DNA of 64,000 nucleotides from Actinomycetota bacterium (GCA_021325435.1 JAJPHE010000124.1:3921-67920), one strand, 5' to 3'; positions 25,825 to 34,414 are shown, counted from the stretch's first letter. Notes: generated by a model from the sequence alone, not told the origin. Numbers and translations: made by a program.

Positions 25825-26934
25825 TCAGCGCCAGGACTCGGCGTAGCCGGCGAGGTCGAGCTTTTCCCCGGCGGCGGTCAAGGTGAGCGGCCGGCGGGCG
25901 TCGACGTTGACGGCGACCTCGTCGGCGAAGCCCCCCGGGCCCCGCTGGCGGCTGCGCTCGACCGCCTTGGGCTGGGGACCGTGGTGGATGCCGGCGGGAT
26001 GGAAGGTCATCATCCCCTCGCCGATTCCGGCCCGGCTGAAGAACTCGCCCCGGTGGTAGAAGATCACCTCGTCGACGTCGATATTGCGGTGGTAGAAGGG
26101 CAACCGCAGCACGTCTGGATCCGACTCCAACGGGCGGGGAGCGAACGTCGCCACCACGAAGCCGGCGCCCACGAAGGTGGTGTGGGCGGAGGGCGGCAGG
26201 TGGTAACGGGGCGACACCACCGGGCGGAAGTCCTCCACGTTGAGCCGCATCGGGGCCAGGTCGCCCTTCCAGCCGACCACGTCGAACGGGTGGAACGGGT
26301 ACCGGACCCGGGTCACCTCGTCGGAGCGACGCACCCGGATCTCGAACTCACCGGCCTGGTCGATCGGTTCGGGCTCGGGAACCTCGATCACCGCCGGGTC
26401 GAACAGGGCGTGGCGCCCGAGCAGCCCCCGGTCGGGCAGCGAGATCCGACCCTCGAGCGCTTCGATCGCCAGCAGCCTGACCGGCGTATGGGCGGCGATC
26501 CGGTGGGTGGTCCCGCGGGGAACCACGAGGTAGTCCCCCGGCCGCAGCGACAGCGGGCCGTACTCGGTCTCGAGGGTGCCCGAGCCGTCGTGCACGAAGT
26601 ACACGACGTCGCCGTCCGCGTCGCGGAAGAACCAGTCGGGGGTGCCGGCCGGCCTGGCCCAGAACGATATCCGCAGCTCGGCGTTCTCCAGCAGGGCGGT
26701 CGGCAGCCCGTCGCCGTCGTCAGCGAGCCCGCTGGTGTCCAGGGCGTGCGGACGCAGCGGCCCGTCGATCGACGACCACCCGGTGGGCGGATGCAGCCGG
26801 TAGAGGTGACTGGCCGGACCGTCGAATCCGTCGCGCCCGTGCTCCTCCTCCACGGTCCCCTCCGGCAGGTCGGCGTGGGCCTGGCGCGACGCCCGCCCCC
26901 GCGACCACTGGGGGATACCCGGTTGCTCGGCCAC
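25825..26934 (-). CDS. hmgA: Homogentisate 1,2-dioxygenase-like cupin dioxygenase (short, 369 aa form)
   Basis: ORF 25825..26934. Motifs GDYLVVPRGTTHR, FYHRNIDVDEVIFYHRG, TFHPAGIHHGPQP resemble HmgA. Sits 2 nt after the hppD stop. Confidence 0.7.
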   Translation of the reverse strand: MAEQPGIPQWSRGRASRQAHADLPEGTVEEEHGRDGFDGPASHLYRLHPPTGWSSIDGPLRPHALDTSGLADDGDGLPTALLENAELRISFWARPAGTPDWFFRDADGDVVYFVHDGSGTLETEYGPLSLRPGDYLVVPRGTTHRIAAHTPVRLLAIEALEGRISLPDRGLLGRHALFDPAVIEVPEPEPIDQAGEFEIRVRRSDEVTRVRYPFHPFDVVGWKGDLAPMRLNVEDFRPVVSPRYHLPPSAHTTFVGAGFVVATFAPRPLESDPDVLRLPFYHRNIDVDEVIFYHRGEFFSRAGIGEGMMTFHPAGIHHGPQPKAVERSRQRGPGGFADEVAVNVDARRPLTLTAAGEKLDLAGYAESWR

Positions 26935-26936
26935 CG

Positions 26937-28064
26937 CTACAGGTTCCCCCGGCGGGCCTGGGCCCGCTCGATGGCCTCGAACAGCGCCTTGAAGTTGCCG
27001 GCACCGAAGCCGGTGGCCCCTTCGCGCTGGATCACCTCGAAGAAGACGGTGGGGCGGTCGGTGACGTTCTCGGTGAACAGCTGGAGCAGGTAGCCGTCGT
27101 CGTCGCGGTCGACGAGGACGCCGAGGCGCATCAGGTCATCCCACGGGAGGTCGTAGCCTTCCATGCGCATCCGGGCGTCTTCGTAGTAGGCGGGCGGCAC
27201 CTCGAGGAACCGCACCCCTCTGGTGCGCATGGCTGACACCGCCGACACAATGTCGTCGGTTCGAAAGGCGATGTGCTGCACCCCCGGGCCGCGGTAGTAC
27301 TCGAGGAACTCGTCGATCTGGCTTTTGCGCCTGCCCTCCGCCGGCTCGTTGAGTGGCAGGACCACCTTGGAGCCGTCCCACACCACCGTCGACATGAGAG
27401 CGGAGTATTCGGTGGATATCTGGTCGTCACCGAAATGCACCAGCTGCTCGAAGCCGAGGACCTCCTTGTAGAACGCGACCCAACCGTCGAGGGCGCCCCG
27501 CTCGACATTGCCCACGCAGTGGTCCATGGCACGCAGGCCGACCGGTGCGCCCACCGGAGAGGGTGAGGCGGCGGGCTGGTAGCCGGGCAGGAATAGGCCG
27601 CGGTAGTCGCTGCGCTGGACCAGGCGGTGGACCGTGTCCCCGTAGGTGGCGAGGTCGGCCTGGATCACCGTCCCCTCTTCGTCGGACTCGCGCCAGGGCA
27701 ACCGCACGGGGGAAGCACCCCGTTCGACGGCGGCGCTGAAGGCGGCGTCGGCATCAAGGGCCCTGATGGCCAGGCGGGCCACGCCGTCGCCGTGACGAAG
27801 CACGTGCAGAGCGATGGGGGACTCTGGTTGAAGGGCGCCGGTGACCACGAGGCGGACCTCGCCCTGGGTCATGAGGTATGACACCGACTGGCGCCGGCCG
27901 GTCTCGGGGCCGGCGTAGGCGGTGAAGTCGAACCCGAACCCCGAAGCCAGCCAGCCGGCGAAGGCCCGGGCGTTTCCGACCCAGAACTCAATGTGGTCCC
28001 ACCCGAGAAACTGGGCGGCCGGGGTGGCGGGCGGCGGCTGGGAACGGAGGGAGAGCGTCGTCAC
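26937..28064 (-). CDS. hppD: 4-hydroxyphenylpyruvate dioxygenase (or closely related HPPD-family enzyme)
   Basis: Trimmed from ORF 26937..28184 to GTG 28064 (GTGA overlap with the upstream stop). WDHIEFWVGNARAFAGW near the N-terminus, VQHIAF, and the C-terminal FFEVIQREGATGFGAGNFKALFEAIE hallmark. Confidence 0.85.
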   Translation of the reverse strand: MTTLSLRSQPPPATPAAQFLGWDHIEFWVGNARAFAGWLASGFGFDFTAYAGPETGRRQSVSYLMTQGEVRLVVTGALQPESPIALHVLRHGDGVARLAIRALDADAAFSAAVERGASPVRLPWRESDEEGTVIQADLATYGDTVHRLVQRSDYRGLFLPGYQPAASPSPVGAPVGLRAMDHCVGNVERGALDGWVAFYKEVLGFEQLVHFGDDQISTEYSALMSTVVWDGSKVVLPLNEPAEGRRKSQIDEFLEYYRGPGVQHIAFRTDDIVSAVSAMRTRGVRFLEVPPAYYEDARMRMEGYDLPWDDLMRLGVLVDRDDDGYLLQLFTENVTDRPTVFFEVIQREGATGFGAGNFKALFEAIERAQARRGNL

Positions 28065-28879
28065 GCCGCCGGCCTCCGCTGGGTTCGATCGGCGTCCATC
28101 CCGTCCCAGAAGGCCTTGACCCCGTCGAGCATCTCCGCCGCCCCCCTTAGGAAGCGATCGGCACTGAAGCCGGGCGCCTTCCATGCCTCGGCCAGCTCAT
28201 CGGCGGTGTGGGCGGCGTGCTGGTCCTCGACCTTGTCGTGCCACACCCAGAAACCCAGATGCAGTTGGGGGCACTCGCGGTCCTTGAACGCTCGCAGGCC
28301 GGCGATCAGCTCCTTCCAGAAGCCGGCGGCCGCCCAGTGCTCGACGGCGTAGGAGGCGCCCTCGGCGGTGGATGGGTCGTCGGAACCGTAGATGCGAAGG
28401 AGCTCGTCGCAGAAGAAGCGGGTGGCGGCGGTGGCGTGGCGGCGCTTGCCCAGATCGGCGAATCCGAGCCCCAGGGGCTGGGCGAAGCGCACCAGCCACT
28501 CGAAGTGGGCTGCGGGGTGCCGGTAGACGCTGCCGTCGACCGACCCGTTGGTCGAGACCAGTTGCGGGTCGACCTCGGGGTCGGGCGCCGCCCCCCGCTC
28601 GGAGCGGAACACCACCCCGAGCTCGTTCATCAGGATCTCCTTGCCGGCCCGGTAGGACTCGATGTCGGCGGCGTTGATCACCTTGCGCAGCTGGGCGATG
28701 ACGAACTGATGGCTGAACACCGAGAACTGGACCGTCAGGTGGGCCACGTCGTGGCGGGTGGCCCGCCCCTCGGCGAACCAGCGGGTGTAACGGTTGTCGG
28801 AGACGACCGGGTGGTCCCCCACCAGGCGGTCCGCCTCCATCCGGAACTGCGCCAGCCCCCCGGCTGCGGTGACGACCAT
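28061..28879 (-). CDS. Heme-oxygenase-fold (TenA/PqqC/CADD, 'iron-containing redox enzyme') family protein
   Basis: Trimmed from ORF 28061..28942 to ATG 28879, preceded by AAGGGGGGAG. All-helical. Pattern NRYTRWFAEGRATRHDV..LTVQFSVFSHQF, ILMNELG, HFEWLVRF, SYAVEHW, and WHDKVEDQHAAH (HxxxExxH). Confidence 0.6.
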   Translation of the reverse strand: MVVTAAGGLAQFRMEADRLVGDHPVVSDNRYTRWFAEGRATRHDVAHLTVQFSVFSHQFVIAQLRKVINAADIESYRAGKEILMNELGVVFRSERGAAPDPEVDPQLVSTNGSVDGSVYRHPAAHFEWLVRFAQPLGLGFADLGKRRHATAATRFFCDELLRIYGSDDPSTAEGASYAVEHWAAAGFWKELIAGLRAFKDRECPQLHLGFWVWHDKVEDQHAAHTADELAEAWKAPGFSADRFLRGAAEMLDGVKAFWDGMDADRTQRRPAA

Positions 28880-28999
28880 GGTCTCCCCCCTTGGGTGACA
28901 ATCTGGTGGTGTAAGTGAAACGCCGGCCCCCCATCCGGTCAATCAACCACTGAAGTCCTGTACAATCTGCCTAGTGTCGGGCGTCACCGACCAGCGTTG

Positions 29000-29476
29000 A
29001 TGGCCAATCTGCCTACGGTCGACGATCTCGACGCCCGGTTGATCGAGGCCCTGGCGGACTCGCCGCGGGCGGGGGTGCTCGAGTTGTCCCGACACCTGCG
29101 GGTGGCCCGGGGCACGGTTCAGGCCCGGTTGGACAAGCTCGTCCAGCGGGGGGTGGTCACCGGCTTCGGACCTCAGGTCGAGCCGGCCGCCCTGGGCTAC
29201 GGGGTCCTCGCCTTCACCACGTTGGAGATCGCCCAGGGCCGGCTGGCCGACGTGGTGAGCCACCTGCAGGCCATTCCTGAGGTGCTGGAGGCCCACGCCA
29301 CCAGTGGGAGCGGTGACCTGCACTGTCGGGTGGTGGCTCGCACCAACGCCGACCTTCAGGACGTGATCAACCGGATGCTCGAGGTCCAGGGCATCGACCG
29401 CACGACCACGGTCATCGCCCTCTCCGAGCAGATCCCCTACCGGGTCCTCCCCCTCGTCGCCCGGTCGGCAGGCTGA
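29000..29476 (+). CDS. Lrp/AsnC-family transcriptional regulator
   Basis: ORF 28997..29476; ATG at 29000 preferred over TTG 28997. HTH LDARLIEALADSPRAGVLELSRHLRVARGTVQARLDKL plus a C-terminal RAM-like domain. Divergent from the hppD operon. Confidence 0.85.
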   Translation: MANLPTVDDLDARLIEALADSPRAGVLELSRHLRVARGTVQARLDKLVQRGVVTGFGPQVEPAALGYGVLAFTTLEIAQGRLADVVSHLQAIPEVLEAHATSGSGDLHCRVVARTNADLQDVINRMLEVQGIDRTTTVIALSEQIPYRVLPLVARSAG

Positions 29477-29573
29477 CCACGCCCCCATCCCTTACAACAT
29501 CTTCCAGGTGCCCGGCACGGCGCGGACGGGTAGGAGCTTCCAACGTGTGGACGACCGTGGGGGGACTGGACAG

Positions 29574-30095
29574 GTGAAGATCGGCGACGAGGTTGAGCTG
29601 TACTCCGCCTTCAGCCAGACCTGGGTCGGCGGCTTCGTCGTGGCCCAGACGGCCGACGACCGCTACGTCGTGAGGCGGGTGTCGGACGGCCAACTCCTGC
29701 CTCCCACCTCGGCGAGCGACATCCGCCGGGCCGGCAGCGCCGACACCCCGCCGGCGGGGTCCGGCGAACGTCGGGTGCTGGAGATGGCCGCCGAGCCCGG
29801 ATGCCACGACCGGCTGAAGGGGACACTGCAATCCTGGGGCCTCGGCGAGGAAGTGTCCGGGGCGGCCGCCGCCCTGGTGACGGAGGTCGTCTCGAGCAGT
29901 GCGCCGCCGCCGGGCGCCAGTGAACAGTGCGACCTGGTCCTCACCGTGGCCGAGGTGGGCGAGACCATCTGCGCCGAGCTGAGCCAAAGGCCCGCTGATC
30001 CTGACGGCGGTCGCCGGCGGGGGGTCGTCGTCGTCGATCGGGTCACCGGCCGCTACGAGGTCCGCACCGGGGCCCCGCAAGGGGTCCACCGCTAA
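29574..30095 (+). CDS. Hypothetical protein (173 aa)
   Basis: Frame of ORF 29508..30095. GTG 29574 preferred (GGGGGGA ~9 nt upstream). No family recognised. Confidence 0.4.
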   Translation: MKIGDEVELYSAFSQTWVGGFVVAQTADDRYVVRRVSDGQLLPPTSASDIRRAGSADTPPAGSGERRVLEMAAEPGCHDRLKGTLQSWGLGEEVSGAAAALVTEVVSSSAPPPGASEQCDLVLTVAEVGETICAELSQRPADPDGGRRRGVVVVDRVTGRYEVRTGAPQGVHR

Positions 30096-30215
30096 GGCCT
30101 GGGCCCGGCAACTCCGACGAGGTCGGCAATCACCTCAATCGACACGCGGTGGCAGGAGATGCCTCTTTGGTAAGCGAATAGTCCGCCGGGCGGAAGCGTG
30201 ACCAGAGGGGGGCGA

Positions 30216-30716
30216 ATGCGCATCGGGGCCAAGCGGCGATTACTGGCGGCGGCGGCGCTCGGGCTGGGAGTCGTGGCCGCCGCGGGCGTCCACCAGGCGA
30301 CGCGGGCGGCCGGTTGCCTTCCGCAGGCCTCTCTGGCTCCGCCCGAGTCGTGGCTGGCATCCCAGATCAACCAGACCCGGACGCAGCACGGCGTGGCACC
30401 TCTGTTGGTCGACAGCCGGCTCGAGAGCGTGGCCCGCTCCTGGGTCGTGCAGATGGCCGACTCCGGGCGGGTCTCCCACAACCCGAACCTCGAGAACCAG
30501 GCTCCCTCTGATTGGGAGTACCTAGGCGAGAACGTCGGCTCGGGACCGTCGCTGCAGGCCATCAACGACGCCTTCGTGGCCAGCGCCGATCACTACGCCA
30601 ACATCGTCGACCGCAACTACAACGCCATGGCGGTGGCGGCGGTGAACGTCAACGGGGTGGTCTACGCCGTCGAGGACTTCGAATACTCGCCGTCGGCCGC
30701 CGACCAGTGCGCCTGA
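30216..30716 (+). CDS. Secreted CAP/SCP (PR-1-like) domain protein
   Basis: Frame of ORF 30198..30716. ATG 30216 preferred (GAGGGGGG upstream). Signal peptide MRIGAKRRLLAAAALGLGVVAAAG. CAP-like motifs VSHNPNL...YLGENVG and HYANIVDRNYNAMAV. Confidence 0.65.
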   Translation: MRIGAKRRLLAAAALGLGVVAAAGVHQATRAAGCLPQASLAPPESWLASQINQTRTQHGVAPLLVDSRLESVARSWVVQMADSGRVSHNPNLENQAPSDWEYLGENVGSGPSLQAINDAFVASADHYANIVDRNYNAMAVAAVNVNGVVYAVEDFEYSPSAADQCA

Positions 30717-30717
30717 G

Positions 30718-31380
30718 CTACCGAGCCGCTCGGGCTCGCTCGATGAACAGGCGCAGCTTCTCCGGGTCCTTGCGCCGTCGGTCGTCGGAACGACTGGTCC
30801 GGGTCTCCGAGTCGACCCCGTAGGGACGGACCGCCCGGATCGCCTCGTCGACGTTGTCGGGACCGAGGCCTCCGGCCAGGATGACCGGGGTGTCCACCGC
30901 ATCGACGATGGCCTGGCTGATCGACCAGTCGTGGACGAAGCCGGTGGCGCCGACCACCCCCGTCTGAGGATGGGCGGTGTCGAGCAGCAGAAAGTCGCTC
31001 ACCGGGTCCAGCGCCGACGCCACGTCCACCGCCTCGGGCCCGAGCACCGGAATCGTCACCATGAGCTTGACGGGTGTGATCTCGGCTCGCAGGGCGGCGA
31101 GGCTGTCGGCGTCGAGGCTGCCTACGGCCCGGGCCAAATGGAGGACGGCGGGCGACACGGCGGCGACGGTCTCGACGATCCGGCGGTGAGACGTCGACAG
31201 GGACAATGCCACCACCGAAACGTCGGTTAGTTCGGCGAGGATCGCCCGCATGGTGTCGTGATCCACGAGGTCCCAGGTGCCGATCCCCTCGTCCAACACC
31301 ACCCCGACGTGGTCAGGCCGCAGCGAGTTGACCAGGGCGGCATCCTCGGGTGTGGTTACGCCGTAGATCTGGACCAGCAC
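30718..31380 (-). CDS. Phosphoribosylanthranilate isomerase (TrpF)-like TIM-barrel protein
   Basis: ORF 30718..31380. N-terminal [18 protein letters not shown], and [12 protein letters not shown] fit the TrpF pattern. No other trp genes in the window. Confidence 0.6.
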   Translation of the reverse strand: MLVQIYGVTTPEDAALVNSLRPDHVGVVLDEGIGTWDLVDHDTMRAILAELTDVSVVALSLSTSHRRIVETVAAVSPAVLHLARAVGSLDADSLAALRAEITPVKLMVTIPVLGPEAVDVASALDPVSDFLLLDTAHPQTGVVGATGFVHDWSISQAIVDAVDTPVILAGGLGPDNVDEAIRAVRPYGVDSETRTSRSDDRRRKDPEKLRLFIERARAAR

Positions 31381-31392
31381 CCGCGCCGTGAA

Positions 31393-31884
31393 TCAGGAGA
31401 GCGAGAAGTGGGGCAGGGCTCGGATCGGTTCCAGCGACGACGCGTGGTCACCGGCCAGCTCACGCCGGGCGAACAGCTCGAGGGCCATCTCGTGGGCGAT
31501 GAGCAACTCGGCCGCCCTGGCATCCTCCTCGGCGACGATCTGGCGGAGCCGGCTGTAGCAGGCGAGATAGTCGGCGACGACCGGCAGGAGCCCGGAGAGC
31601 ATGGTCGCCCAGTCGTAGTGGTCCACGGCCGCCACGCCCTCGACGATCGCTTGGTCGGCCTCGGTGGACAGCCCGAGGCGCTGGAGATGGGGCACGAGCA
31701 TCTCCTTGGTGCAGCGCTCGAGGGCGGCCAGGGCCTCTAGCTTGGCCCTCTGCTCAACGTCGGCTGCCAGCTGGGCCAGTCGGGAGAAGTACGCCTCGCC
31801 GAGCACCTCCCCCTGGAACGACTTGACCCAGAGCGACGACTCCTCGGCGGGCGTGTCCTGGCCGGTCTCGGCGGTTGCGGTCAT
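31393..31884 (-). CDS. Hypothetical all-helical protein (163 aa)
   Basis: ORF 31393..31884, 12 nt upstream of the TrpF-like gene on the same strand. Helical, acidic. No family recognised. Confidence 0.45.
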   Translation of the reverse strand: MTATAETGQDTPAEESSLWVKSFQGEVLGEAYFSRLAQLAADVEQRAKLEALAALERCTKEMLVPHLQRLGLSTEADQAIVEGVAAVDHYDWATMLSGLLPVVADYLACYSRLRQIVAEEDARAAELLIAHEMALELFARRELAGDHASSLEPIRALPHFSLS

Positions 31885-31960
31885 GGCTCTCCCCCGGTGG
31901 ATGTCACCGCGATGCTAACGACCGGGGCGACCGGCGCCGGCTGGGCCTTCTGCCGGCAAG

Positions 31961-32506
31961 TCACGCCCCGGTGGGCCGCCACACGACCGACACGGCCTGG
32001 ATCGGCTGGTGGAATCCCTTGACCCGCACCGTCACCGGTGGACCGTCGGTGTTGAGGTCCGTCCCGTCCAGTGCGTGTTCGGCGGCGAGGATCTGCCCGG
32101 CCTGAGCCTCGTCACAGAGCCGGTTGGCCAGGTTCACCACCCGGCCGACGTAGTCGTCGCCCTCCAGGAGGATGACGTCGCCGGCGGCGATGCCGGCCCG
32201 GGGCGGCAGGGTCTGGCGGTCAGCCAGGTCGACGAACATGGCGATCACCGCCCGCACCAGCGGCTCGGATTCGACGCCGACGATCATGGCGCCGTCTCCG
32301 AGCCACTTGTCGACGCGCACCCCGTAGCGGGGCGCCACCTCGCGAACGGTGGAGCGGAGATGGCGGAGGGTCGCCAGCGCGGCTTCATCCCCGTGCAGGT
32401 CGTCGAACTCGGTGAAGCCGCAGAGGTCGAGGAAGGCGAAGGTGCGCCTCACCCTCAGGTGTCGGCCGGTGGGCGGGCTTTCGATCCGCTCGCCGCTGCT
32501 CGGCAC
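31961..32506 (-). CDS. Class III adenylate/guanylate cyclase, catalytic domain only (181 aa)
   Basis: ORF 31961..32506 (GTG). Metal-Asp motifs FAFLDLCGFT and KWLGDGAM; transition-state region GRVVNLANRL. Confidence 0.8.
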   Translation of the reverse strand: MPSSGERIESPPTGRHLRVRRTFAFLDLCGFTEFDDLHGDEAALATLRHLRSTVREVAPRYGVRVDKWLGDGAMIVGVESEPLVRAVIAMFVDLADRQTLPPRAGIAAGDVILLEGDDYVGRVVNLANRLCDEAQAGQILAAEHALDGTDLNTDGPPVTVRVKGFHQPIQAVSVVWRPTGA

Positions 32507-32549
32507 CCGCCGAGTCTAGGCAGGGCCGCCCGGCCCGCTCACCTTCAGA

Positions 32550-32570
32550 GACGGGCGGGTGACGCCCGTC
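32550..32570 (-). terminator. Hairpin GACGGGCG-GGTGA-CGCCCGTC downstream of the crotonase gene
   Basis: Perfect 8-bp stem with a 5-nt loop, 44 nt after the stop at 32614. No U-tract, so the terminator role is tentative. Confidence 0.3.
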
Positions 32571-32613
32571 ACCGTCCCGGTCATCCCCCAGCCCGGCGGA
32601 GGTGCGAGCGGCC

Positions 32614-33414
32614 TCAGCGCCCGGTGAAGGTGGCCCTGCCCGGGCCGTGCTCGAGGAACGACTGCACGCCGATCCGGGCGTCGTCGGTGTCGAACACCTC
32701 GGCGAAGAGGCGCTGCTCGAGATCCAGACCGGCAGACAGCGACCCGTCGAGGCCCTCGTCGATGGCGCGCTTGGCCATCGCCTGGGCCAGCCGCGGGCCC
32801 CGCGCCAGCTCGGCGGCCCACTCGAGGGAGGCGTCGGTTACCGCCTCGGCCGGAACCACCCGGTCCACCAGGCCCATGCTCAGCGCCTCATCGGCCCGAA
32901 CCTGTCGCCCGCTGAGTATCAGGTCCTTTGCCCTGGCCGGTCCCACCAGGCGGGCCAGGCGCTGCGTTCCGCCCCCACCCGGGATGATGCCGAGCAGGAT
33001 CTCCGGCTGGCCAAGGCGGGCGTCCTCGGCGGCCACCCGAAAGTCACAAGCCAGGGCGAGCTCGCAACCGCCTCCGAGGGCGTAACCGTTGACGGCGGCG
33101 ACGGTCGGCGCCGGGATGGCAGCCACGGCGTCGAGGGCGGCGCGGAAGCGGGCGCCGACCTGGGCGGCCCGGGCCGAGGTGGGCCGGTCGGCCCCGGGGT
33201 CGGTGAACTCGCCGATATCGGCGCCAGCGGCGAAGATCCGCGGACCGCCCCAGACGACGACCGCCCCGGCCGGCTCGTGGGTCAGCTCGGATGCCGCCGT
33301 CTCGAGCTGGGACAGGAGCTCGGAGGACAGCGCGTTCATCTTGGGCCGGTCCAGCCTCACCAGGGCTACCCCGTCGGGCCGTCTCTCGACCGACACGTGA
33401 AGATCCGCCACCAA
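32614..33414 (-). CDS. Enoyl-CoA hydratase/isomerase (crotonase) family
   Basis: ORF 32614..33414. LDRPKMNAL, FAAGADIGEF, and GYALGGGCELALACD (oxyanion-hole pattern). Confidence 0.85.
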   Translation of the reverse strand: MVADLHVSVERRPDGVALVRLDRPKMNALSSELLSQLETAASELTHEPAGAVVVWGGPRIFAAGADIGEFTDPGADRPTSARAAQVGARFRAALDAVAAIPAPTVAAVNGYALGGGCELALACDFRVAAEDARLGQPEILLGIIPGGGGTQRLARLVGPARAKDLILSGRQVRADEALSMGLVDRVVPAEAVTDASLEWAAELARGPRLAQAMAKRAIDEGLDGSLSAGLDLEQRLFAEVFDTDDARIGVQSFLEHGPGRATFTGR

Positions 33415-33518
33415 CGCCTCCCCGGCCCAAACAGCCCGCGACCCATCGCCCCATGTGGGCGGGTCAGAATAGGTCGCGCATCGACGGCCCAGCTCGTGAC
33501 AAGAACCAGGAGAGCCGC

Positions 33519-34370
33519 TTGAAGCCGATACCGGTGGTGTTCCACGTAGGGCCCCTCCAGGTCCACACCTACGGGATCGGCCTGGCCCTGACCTTCTGGT
33601 TCGCCCTGTGGTACATGCGCCGGCGGTTCGCCGCAGCTGGCGTGCCCTCGGAATGGCTCAACCGGGCGTTTCTGGGGGTGATCGCCGCCGCCATCGTCGG
33701 CGCCCGCATCGTGCACGTCCTGGCCAACCTCAAGTACTACCGCTCCTCCCCCGCCGAGATGCTGGCCGTCTGGCACGGCGGGCTGTCCTCCTTCGGCGGC
33801 CTGTTGTTCGGGGTGCCGACGGCGCTGCTCTACAAGCGCCGGCACCTTCCGGAGCTCGGCACCGTTGCCGCCCTCGACCTCGCCGCGCCGGTCCTGATGG
33901 CGTCGTGGGCGCTCGGGCGGCTACTGGGGCCCCAGGTCATGGTGAACGGCGGTGGTCACCCCACGGGAGCCTGGTACGGGCTGCGCTACGCCTGCACGCC
34001 GGGCCCGCACTGCCTCGCCAACGGCTACACCGTCCGGGAGGTTCCGGTGCCGGTCTTCCAAGCGCTCGAGTGCTTGGCGATCTGGGCCGTGCTGGTCTGG
34101 ATCGACCGCCTTACCCACCGACATCCAGCCGGCGTGCCGCTGGCGGCCTTCTGCGCTCTGTGGGGGATGGCCCGCTTCGCCGACGAGTTCTTCTGGCTGG
34201 CCGTTCCCCGCCTGTGGGACGCGGTTGAGGTCACCAGCCTGGTGCTCGCCGCGGTGGGGTGGTCGGTGATGGTCTGGCTGCTGGTCAGGCAGCGCCGGCG
34301 TAGCCGGGCCCCGGACAGCCCCTCAGTCGAGGAGCCGGCCCGGGCGGCGAGTGTCCCTGAACCGGCGTGA
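33519..34370 (+). CDS. lgt: Prolipoprotein diacylglyceryl transferase
   Basis: Trimmed from ORF 33291..34370 to TTG 33519 (AGGAGAG upstream). GPLQVHTYGIGLALTF, VWHGGLSSFGGLLFG and a multi-helix body fit Lgt. Confidence 0.8.
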   Translation: MKPIPVVFHVGPLQVHTYGIGLALTFWFALWYMRRRFAAAGVPSEWLNRAFLGVIAAAIVGARIVHVLANLKYYRSSPAEMLAVWHGGLSSFGGLLFGVPTALLYKRRHLPELGTVAALDLAAPVLMASWALGRLLGPQVMVNGGGHPTGAWYGLRYACTPGPHCLANGYTVREVPVPVFQALECLAIWAVLVWIDRLTHRHPAGVPLAAFCALWGMARFADEFFWLAVPRLWDAVEVTSLVLAAVGWSVMVWLLVRQRRRSRAPDSPSVEEPARAASVPEPA

Positions 34371-34414
34371 TCTGACCTTTTAGGCCCGTTCGGCCGGCAA
34401 GCTGAGCCCCACTG

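Noticed and set aside
30096-30215. Possible riboswitch (for example a c-di-AMP/ydaO type) upstream of the secreted CAP-domain gene.
   Set aside because: I could not find the conserved ydaO sequence blocks or a pseudo-symmetric structure by eye. The region is only ~120 nt. Only a cmscan could settle it.
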